DNA from: Catajapyx aquilonaris
Lineage: Eukaryota
DNA: 35,906 bases
Assembly: GCA_000934665.2 (NCBI GenBank)
Contig: KZ539030.1
Span: 1-35,906, forward strand
Reading direction: 5' to 3'
The translations under genes were made by a program, and so were the position numbers. Below the pieces are notes generated by a model. That model worked only from the letters and a program-made list of their open reading frames with translations, did not search any database and had not been told where the DNA came from. Shown piece by piece: positions 12,167-21,686 of this stretch (its first letter is position 1; every line of letters starts with the position of its first letter).

Positions 12167-15100
12167 ATGGTGGGTACAGTGCGGTCCATAAAAAATACTC
12201 CTTTGAAACCCTCTTAACCGGAGAGGGCGCAATATTTAGGTCATGCATTTTTTTTTTGTTGAGAAGTTAAGAGTGCGAGTACTTGAGAGGGAGTAATTTG
12301 ATATGACGACAATTATTTAAATACGAGCCTCAACTGCAGTTTACATGTTTATCCTGCCAGTTACCTCCACGTAAAGATGGCTCCGGAATGCCAGGATAAA
12401 TCAAAATAACCTCGAGCATGATTCTTATGGACAACACGTTGGATTCGTCGAAAACCACACGATGCCAATTTCCAAGATCCGCGTAGATCATACCAACCCC
12501 ATGATATAGTGTCACTTATTCTCAAACACAAAACGTCAGGGGTTGCTTCAAGGGTGTACGACTGGAGAATGGAAACGACTCGATTTCTCCCCCAACCCAA
12601 CCCGCAGAAAATTCAGAATTGTATTCAAAGTTCTAGCATGTCGCACATTTTTGCCTTCTGATACACTTTGCAAAAAAGCGCATGCTGTGCTGTATATGTA
12701 TACCCTCATTTCTGAAACTCCGCACATTTTCCCCTATTGCCACAGTATACCAAGCGGTACATCAAATAATTCCAATAACAATACTACTTGGAAATATACA
12801 TGACTCTATACACAAACTGTTAAATAATTCGCACTTCCGTAATCCGAACAGTCGCGATCACCTTTTTCGCACAAGCCATGCTTGTGTACTATCACGAGAT
12901 ACGTTACATCACTAGATTACATGCGGGTAAGATAAGACAGTACAAAATCTGGGCCACATGATTTACCACCTAAAAATTCGTCGCAGAAAGGTGAAGTCAG
13001 CCGAAATTCCAAGAGGAGCCACAGGTGACCCGAATGACGTACTGTGCGCATCAATGTATCCTCAATTCAAATGAAATTCAGGTGACTGAGCTTAAGTACC
13101 AAGTAAGAAAAAAACGAACATGTCGAAATAAAAGGAGAGCAATGACGCATATTGGCCGCGTCTTTTATGGGTTTCCCTTATGAATAGAGTTGAGAAATCA
13201 CCCTGCAATTAAGTTCTAGACTGGTCGATGTTTGTGGGGGGAGAGGTCGATGTGTTCAAGAGATAATGTGACGTCTGGCCGATTACTTCAAATACCTTGA
13301 TTGAATTTACATTGCCGATATCATGACATCAATTAGTCATCTTATCGCGATATGAAAGGTGAAAGTATCGCTGGATTAAAGAGTTGCTGCCCTGTAATCT
13401 TACTAGGATGATGTTACATGACTGACCGTCATCAATGGGGAACCCGATATCCGGGCTTTAATTGATCGCGATTAGAGCATGACTCCAACGCCCAATCATT
13501 TGGGAGGAGTAATATTAATCGTCATATTTTATGAAACAAATTTCCACATTGTGAGCACTGATATGCATAGTTTGTCAAACTTCTGCAGAATCGTGATATT
13601 ATCCAGACAACATATTACCAGGAACGCCTTCCACTTTATCGCGGAATGCAGATTAGACCAATTTAAAGATTAACTAATAAGGTCATTTGCCAAAACGCCA
13701 GATAAGTCATATGGTAGGCTATTACACAACAGTCGGCGAATACATATGTACAGTTGTGACACAGTGGCAAGATGTAATTTGGCGGGCAATGAACATTACA
13801 ATTGTTTTTCCGTCTGTTCCATTAGCTATTATATCACGATAGCATAACCACAGCATTTACATCACTGATTCACGCAATTGCAGTCGTCTTTAAGCTTCAG
13901 ATCAGGTTCTCTGTTCATATTACGTCAAATTCTCAGTTGGGTAACATGCTTAGTATGCTAGCAGCATATCACTCCCTTCTTAATAAATCGCTCTGAGTTT
14001 AGCAAAATAAAAATGAAATGAAACCTGATGTGTCAATCCTCAACGGCCGCTTCAGCCTCTTCATTTCTGCAAAGCTTCAAATCAGTTCACACTTCACCAC
14101 AAAAAAATTGGCATTACACTGAATCGCTCTAACCTCGCGAGGCAGTGTTTTATCACCTAGCATATGACGTCAGCCGAGGCATATGCTGTGGCCGATCGGA
14201 ATTTCCGATATTCGACACGGTCATTTGGGTACGACGTGAAAAGGGATATAATATCTGCAATCTTGCTGCTCATGAAAGAGAAGGTCTCTGGTAATGACCC
14301 CTTCTACCAAGAATCGAGCTTTTCCTTCCTGGTACGATGTTGCTGAGCAGAACCTCCAATAAGCACCGCAATTTGCATATACAGCATGGACAAAAATGTA
14401 CTGTGTGTGTCATTAGTGTCAACTGAATTCAAGATTTCAATGTGATTACACTGCCCTTTGTTGGTACTGCTTGCCTTGATTCAGTGTGTATAGTAACAAG
14501 CACAATATTACACCGTGAGCAAATGTATCGCCTTCCGAGACTTCCCTTGACTCCACAGTTTGTCATTCTGGACGATCGAACCTCCGAGTCTACAATGGAG
14601 CCTGAGTCAAATTGAACAATTCTTTGTTGACTCTCCCTCTGTTGGGTACACAGCGGGGCGAGTCAAAGGTGGGGAAAATCCAGTTGGAACGGGATACTCA
14701 CACCCAATAACAAACAAGCCCCTCTATGATTACAGAACCCGGGTCACGTCCAACTACTGATCTGCTCTTACCATGTAAGGTCTAATCGTTACTTTGAGAA
14801 AAAAATCTGATAAGTTTTTTGTGTGTGTGTGTCTATGTACCGTTACATGGTGTCTACTGGCTGGTGTGAAAACTATTAGTTAAAAAAAATGACAGTATTT
14901 GGAGTGTTACGTAACAGTACAGGATGATTCTAAATAACAGCAATTTTCAATTTTTGCACAGTTTTTCATCACAACCTCGAAGGGCATTGCAACTTGCGAC
15001 ATACGTACAATGTATTCAGCGAGTTAGCCTCGTTTTGCGAATGCAGACGCAATTTAAATGCCTATACAATTCTATTTCTACCTGAAAGGTCAAACCTGAC

Positions 15101-15515
15101 AAACGTCACCAGTCTCCATCAGCAACCGATATCAATTCCCTTCCCGATTTAGTCTCCTAAAATTGATTATGGATTTGCCTTATATACCCATACACTGTTG
15201 ATCTCAAGCACAATACGATTTTTGACCGAATTCCGGATTTTTTTTAAAGCACAAACTTATAGACCAACCAGGCGAAAATGGGGTGGTAGAGAGAGAGAGA
15301 GAAAAAAAAAGCAGTCTACGGGTTCAATGGCTTTTTGTCTCCCTCTGGATTATTGAAATGTGTTCGGTCGTCGTAGCAACGTCGTTGACGTCAATGGTTT
15401 TCTTTCCCAAGACTGGTCTCATCTCGGTGGATTGAGACTGCCGGAGGTTGACACAAAACGCTCAGGTTTCATTACTTTGGAATCATGGATTTATTTTTTG
15501 TCACCCCCCCCCCCC

Positions 15516-15526
15516 NNNNNNNNNNN
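15516..15526. other. Assembly gap (11 N) next to a poly-C run
   Basis: N run directly after a C homopolymer. Confidence 0.98.
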
Positions 15527-16940
15527 TCTCAATCTCTGCACCCTTTTTTCCCTCCCCATCCCCAAGACATCTCTGGCTTCCCTGAATTCCTATAGAGTTG
15601 TAACACATTTCAAAAAAAAGGGTCAATGTACGTGCATGACGCGCAAAAAAAATTCCGCCCTGAGAGGGCCCTTTGTAATCTAATCGTCACCAATTACTAT
15701 TCCAATATTTGAATTAAAATACTTAAATCCACATAAATGTATCAAATGTAATAGACGTGCTAGTATCCATCCTTAATATGGCAAAATAATGCACAATAAA
15801 ATTTATCCAATATTCACAATCTAGCCCTCCAATATTTAATTTCACTGAAATATTCCCACATAGGATATTCCCATATTGTACAGTACATATCATCGCTGTA
15901 AAATAAAAACCTCCTCAATGTGAAATGACAACTTCTCAGGAATCCAAAGGCAGCTTAATTAAAGGTTAAAGATTTTGACTTAATCTACGTGGTACCTTTC
16001 AAAGTAAATGATTACGACTTTCTACCTTTAGTACCTTTAAAATTAAACGGTTTTTTAAAAGGCCTCCTGAAAAGTTGTCATCTTACACAGCAGGTTCTTA
16101 TTTTACAGAGATGATATAATTCGACAGTATCTATCAGATGACAATACTAACACATGCTCACAATAAAAATTACCAAATCCAGAGCTTACTGCAAAACATT
16201 AACAAGAACTAAAAATCAGTTCCCAGGATATCAGTTATTTGACCTCCACTATCTGTATATTTTACCTCCAAATTGAGAGTCAGCAGTACCTTGTGCAAAG
16301 TAGTACCGGTATGTTAAAAGGTCACCTCCCCGACAAACGTGCGCCTGTACATATTAACCTAATCGCTGTGTTTCACCGACTGTCAATGTCGCATCTGCAT
16401 TTCTCAGACGCAGCTCTTCCAGGAAGTGGTTTGGTAAGTAGGAAAACCCCTATACTGACTGGCTAATGGACGACAAACCCTGACCTCCAAATGACCACCT
16501 CAAGACAAATCATACATATCCACATTCTAGCTAAACACCCATTTTGTTGCCATTAGTTGCCTTGACCTTTCTGATGTTATCCAGCTCAGTTATTAATATG
16601 TAACCCGGAGAAGGTGACTAGGAAGCACCTGACCATTTATTTTTACACTTTTATATTTACATAGATCAGTAACATGTTATGCCTGTACTGGTTGCAATGA
16701 TTTCGAATGATAAAATGATCAGATTATCTGAAAACAAATGCAGTATAACTGCTACCTTCTCATGCCCTTCAAGTAAATCTTGATACAACGTGTCCTTCCT
16801 TTATTTCAAGCAGTGCATTTTTTTTGCAAATTGAGTTTATGAAGATAACAAAGTGCAAACAAAGAAGACTGACAGTGAGTTATCCATGCACAGAAATAAA
16901 AAGTATTTCAAAAACTTACCATATATGACGGGATGTAAGA

Positions 16941-16947
16941 NNNNNNN
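16941..16947. other. Assembly gap (7 N) next to a poly-C run
   Basis: N run two bases before a C homopolymer. Confidence 0.98.
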
Positions 16948-18459
16948 TTCCCCCCCCCCCCCCAATGGCTCAAAAACTGTGTCTTATAATTATTATGCTA
17001 AAATACATTATAAACTATTTTTCCTGAATATGATCTGCTGCAACGGGGGTGCATCTTAATGCCGTCAAATAAGGTAATCGCCCTGGGCCTCCTTCAAATC
17101 TTTGTTGTTCTGGCATTAACTTACATCAGTATAGCAGCAAAAGTCTTCACTGACTTGACATGAGTGGCATGATTAATATAATATATAACATTATATATTA
17201 TATAATTACTGTAATATTATCGGCAGAATGTGCTGTGAAAGTTCACACATCTTATCATAATGTCCCCTGTCATCTGAATACTTTCCCAATGAACTGGGAT
17301 GCAATTTCCCAGCTAACATATGATCTAGATATCCACACAATGACACAAAATGCTTAATAATCACGGTCATAGATAAACTCACTGAGAGTTAGTAATCCTA
17401 GCACATAGACGCATTATCATCCACTTCACTTGCTACATGCTGTAATGCACGTACTCACTTGCGGCTTAGAGGTTACAAAGCTATCTCCCAAGGGAAGCGA
17501 GGTTGATGAGGCACATTTGTGGCGTTCAGCAGTCGATGTCATCTCTCCAGCATGTCCATGACGGGCTGAAAATCGGCCAAATTGACTTGTGAAGTAACAG
17601 ACCCATGTAATGCATTTGGCAAATCAGCAGTATGACCTCACTGCATTGGCCTGCCTTTTCAACATCGAGCACACGACAGCTTTTAATGAGCATGACTGAG
17701 CTGCTTGGCAGGCAGTACAATGCTGTTTAATGACTTTTTCAGAGCCATAAAGCATTCAGAAAATGTGGCATGGTATGAGATGTTTAATGAGGTTTAACAA
17801 AGACGCAAAGGTATGATCCAAGTAAATTTGATTAATGCAAACTGTAAATATTTAACATCAGAATTTCTTATCTTTCCTCTCTCTGTGAATGTCTGCTCAT
17901 CCATGAACAAAGAGTCTTAGCGCAGAAAATGCAAGTCTAAACTATGACGTGATGAGACGATACTAAATGGCAAACAATGTTTTTAAAAGTGACACAAGGA
18001 GTGTTAAGTACTGTTATCAAGCAATTAAGATAACAGTAAATGGGCTAGTGCCTCAGTGTTATTTAAATAATTCATAATCCTTCTGTATAGTTACATTATA
18101 TGCCTGTCTGGGCCGTTGCACTACAGAAAAGAGTTTAAGTTATTGCTACATTGTATGCGCCAAGGTCACGTTACTCAATGTTTGCTCCAGCCAATGCGTA
18201 GAGCATCATCGCATAGCTATTGCAAATGTGGTGATGGCCAAGTGTACTGAAATATATTGCAAGGTGCACTAATCGGCACAAGTAATGTCCAGAATCTATG
18301 CTATGTGTGTGCAATTGACATCACAACTAGGTCAAGTATACAAATGTCAGGTCATTTACCAGTTGAGACTTCTGTATTTCTGAACCACTGTGCGGCATGC
18401 ATTTGTATTTTGTGTACTTTTATTTTTGTACACTAGGTCTCCATTACGTGCATTTTAAA

Positions 18460-18962
18460 TACTCCGTACTCCTGATTATCCGGGCTAAGACTGCAAGGAT
18501 TTCGCTGGATACTAGGAAAACACAGAAAATAATCGAAATATGGTCCTACATACCATTAAAATGAGCTAATCGCATGTTTTTCATGACCAACTGCATGTAC
18601 TGCATGCTGCTTTAAAGCAGTTTTAATCTAATTAATGAAACTTCCCATAGAGTTTTAAGTTGCCTTCTCGAAAAAGTTTTATACAGTTGAATCCGGATAT
18701 AACAACCTCTTGGCTATGATATTATACTTTCGGTTATAACAGACTCGAAAAGGCGGTCCCAGCATACTTCTGCAGTATAATTATATGGATTGTGTATTCG
18801 GCTATAACAGACCTTGGTTATAACAGACTGATTTCCGCAGTCCCTCGAAGTGGATTTCTTTATTAGCGAGACATTTTTTTTCAGACTTCTGTTTTTTGGC
18901 GATGCACAGATAAAATTCGCAACATGGATAATCCGCACCCGGATAATCGGGAGTACAGTGTA
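18460..18962. mobile_element. Tc1/mariner(pogo)-type MITE relic containing a second, truncated MITE-like end
   Basis: Left TACTCCGTACTCCTGATTATCCGGG (18460-18484) versus the reverse complement of 18938-18962, TACACTGTACTCCCGATTATCCGGG: 22/25 match with TA at both ends. Inside are TA|CAGTTGAATCCGGATATAAC (18682) and three TYGGYTATAACAGAC subrepeats (~18729, 18798, 18814). Confidence 0.65.
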
Positions 18963-19999
18963 GTTCATGTTTGGTAGGTGCAACAGACAGAGTTTGTAAA
19001 AAAAAAAGCTCTGTGAGATTGCATCAGAGTTTTGTATCATCGTTAACAAGCAACGACAATAAAATAGAAGCCATCAAAAAGTTACAGCGATGCAAAAAGT
19101 GAAGACATTGATGCAAATCTCTACAGACATTGATACAAAAAAGTAAACCAACGCTGATCCAATCTGAACCAAAGAGCTTGAACTTTGACACCCTTCTCAG
19201 CCAACTTATGTAAAACACCCCCCTGTCAGTCCACACGACAAGCATTGAAACAAACCCCTTACTCAAAACAACCCTGCACATTTTAACATCCACAAATTAC
19301 CACACTTTATGATCCCACAGGACATGATCTTGGCACATTACGTAACCTGCATTGTTCTCAGTGTGAAAACCAACAACATGCGCTCTCTGTTGTGTGTACA
19401 TTCCACGTTCCTAGTAGTTATAGTCAAAGTGCAGGTTTATAAGCCAGGTTTTTAATGCCCCCTGGGGTCATACCATGCCTTCCAATGTCCCTTCAGTTGA
19501 TCCCTCAAAAGTGTGGAAAGGATTAACCCGACTCACCGGGGCTTGGAACTGGAGCTCAGAATGTTTCACACACATCTTCTGGTCGCCATCTTTGAACACA
19601 AAAAAAACTGATAGGGGGAAAAAAAAGAGGGGGAAGGCGGAGAGGGAAGGGGAAGGAGGGGGAAATGGAGGCAAATTCGAATAGTATTTTACACTATATA
19701 TTTTTTTTTCCTTTAAATGATGGCCGACTATGGAGCCTTGCAGCAATATCACGAGTAAAACAATTACTCAATTCATATTTTCATGTAATGAACCAGCATC
19801 TTCGTGCTCTCGTCGAAGTTAGCTGACATCATAGGGCGGTTACGCAAATATTTACCTGGTTCCCGACTTGGACCTATTTGTCGTGTTAAGTAAAATCATA
19901 TGACAGGGATATCAGAAAAACACGTTTTACACACACAGTACCAGAACTTAGGTAGTGACATCACTGGTTAGCTACTGACCCTGTTGTATGTCATTAAAT

Positions 20000-20142
20000 T
20001 AGTGTATTGCCTCTCATAAAGCGGCATGCCGGTATAAAACGAGGTCGACCAGGATCCCGGTATAGCCACCAGATCATGCATTTCTAAAAACTGGTTGACC
20101 TCGACTACACTGGCATGTCGCTTTAAGTGAGGTAATACGGTA
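20000..20142. mobile_element. Short degenerate MITE with ~50 bp terminal inverted repeats (TA-flanked, pogo/Tc1-like)
   Basis: TAGTGTATTGCCTCTCATAAAGCGGCATGCCGGTATAAAACGAGGTCGACCAG (20000-20052) aligns at roughly 80% with the reverse complement of 20091-20142 (TACCGTATTACCTCACTTAAAGCGACATGCCAGTGTAGTCGAGGTCAACCAG). Confidence 0.7.
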
Positions 20143-20638
20143 TCAAGAGCTAATTAAATTAATTAGCCAGTACCCAAATTCTGATCCTGCTACGGTACAA
20201 TACAGCCTCTAACTTCGTTTATTTAATGTTTTTTTTACTGGGACTTAAGCTAGTGGCATCTTGCTTACGAGTAAACTGTCCAGCAGTCTTCAATCTACAA
20301 TGCGTTTTGGAATTTTACACAAACAAAGTACAGTTGCGGTGCATTTGTTACTGGATCTTATCATTTTCTGATGCAAACCTGCAAATGCCTTGTCCGAGCC
20401 AATTTCTACGTTCGGTAAACTTATATTACTACTACTAGAGGTGTGATGTTGGCTTCAAGAAAGAAATCTTCTCTCTGGATGTTAAGTTAGAATCATTAAA
20501 TTTCTGGGGGCGCTTTTTTGATGGTGCCAGAACAGTATGTGCAGCGTCATACCTCATTTGTCCTCACTTGCATATTTTAGGGTATTAACACTGCGACACC
20601 ACCTTGTAAATCACAGTTTAAGAGCTTTCAGGTCTGGA

Positions 20639-20744
20639 AGGGCCATCCATAGGAAGGGTAAGTAAAGCTTGGCAATTGCTCAATTACATAATTTGGAGGC
20701 TAACATGACAATTGGGTATGAAGTACAACACTATGGATGGCCCC
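20639..20744. mobile_element. Small PIF/Harbinger-like MITE relic
   Basis: GGGCCATCCATAG (20640-20652) and CTATGGATGGCCC (20731-20743) form a perfect 13 bp inverted pair, and the right end is followed by CTTA. GGGGCCATCCATA-type ends with TAA/TTA flanks resemble insect Harbinger MITEs (recalled, not searched). Confidence 0.5.
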
Positions 20745-21176
20745 TTATCATTATGACTAGACCTATATTTTAATTGACACATAAATTGTGCTTAAAACCA
20801 TGATCTGTTTTGCCTCCTGAACACAACAGAAGTCACATTCTGCGAGTATTTTTTTTGTAAACGTAACGTAATAATAAACAACCGGGAAATGTTTTATATA
20901 ACTAACTGCAGTCACTCAGCTTATTCATTCGCTATCACAATCTTTATGCTCTCATGGTAATGTCAAAAATACTATCACACTTCGGTTCCTGTCTTGTTCC
21001 CTGCCTCCTACTTCAATCAACAAACAAAATGCAGATTTTTAAAAATCATACTGTCCAAAAATTGAAAGGGTTCAACCAAGTTTTAACACTACCTTCCTAT
21101 AGGAAGATATTTTACCTTACCCAGAAGAGCTTTCCCAATGTGAAACAATGGCAAATAACTTTCGAATGGAAGCCCT

Positions 21177-21267
21177 TTCAATCCTGAAACAACTCACCAG
21201 TAAGTATCACAATCTTTATTCATTATAATGATTGCGGTACTTACTGGTGAGTTGTTTCAAGCTTGAA
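21177..21267. repeat. Long hairpin 1 downstream of the kelch stop codon (30 bp stem, 15 nt loop)
   Basis: TGAAACAACTCACCAGTAAGTATCACAATC (21185-21214) pairs with 21230-21259 at 28/30 Watson-Crick. Outer TTCAA/TTGAA extends it. Confidence 0.9.
21215..21220 (-). terminator. Candidate polyadenylation signal (AATAAA) of kelch
   Basis: Plus-strand TTTATT at 21215-21220 is the first minus-strand AATAAA I found after the stop codon at 21687. It lies in the loop of hairpin 1. Confidence 0.4.
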
Positions 21268-21307
21268 TTACATTGAATTATTACACTAATCAGGAAGTCT
21301 AGTATCT

Positions 21308-21416
21308 CAATTATGTTTTTTTCCCCAGCAAAGGTGTTTTCAACGAGCAACTGAAGAGTTGGCACAACTCTTCAGTTGCTCGTTGAAAACACCTTGCTGG
21401 AAAAAAAACATAGTTG
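21308..21416. repeat. Long hairpin 2 in the probable kelch 3' UTR (perfect 31 bp stem, 3 nt loop, imperfect extension to ~50 bp)
   Basis: AAGGTGTTTTCAACGAGCAACTGAAGAGTTG (21331-21361), loop GCA, exact reverse complement at 21365-21395. Flanks TATGTTTTTTTCCCCAGC / GCTGGAAAAAAAACATA extend the pairing. Confidence 0.93.
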
Positions 21417-21686
21417 TAAATGTAATAATCTGACTACAATGACGTGAATCTCAAGATCCGAAAATGTCAGCTTCAAAACTATAAAGCTAAAAAATAAAAT
21501 AAAAATGACCTGAAAAAATCCCACAGAATAAGTGACCATTTCTAATGGTGAGGTAAAAAAAATGGACACTTCAAATCTGTGTGCATCCTGTACAAAATGA
21601 ATAAAATTATTATAAACCTGTACATCCCCTCTTCAAAAAAATTACAAACAAATATACATATTACAATTCCCCTATCTAGACATTGA

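Larger units (their letters stand above)
5238..15393. promoter_or_regulatory. Cluster of six perfect palindromic CRE/ATF sites upstream of the Pde11 coding exons
   Basis: TGACGTCA at 5238, 5494, 9043, 10242, 14165 and 15386, plus many TGACG half-sites (e.g. 10732, 11412, 13035, 13143, 13269). Function is inferred, not shown. Confidence 0.5.

Noticed and set aside
14821..15302. Short (GT)n and (AG)n microsatellites
   Set aside because: Only 6-7 units each, ordinary background.
15959..16040. TTAAAGGT...ACCTTTAA ends suggesting a tiny TTAA-flanked element
   Set aside because: Only about 13 matching bases with an indel in AT-rich sequence, which is too weak to call.
6200..19800. Dozens of 60-110 aa ORFs in the Pde11-kelch interval
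   Set aside because: No domain similarity, homopolymer-derived residues, and many non-ATG starts, consistent with random ORFs. Small hidden exons cannot be excluded.
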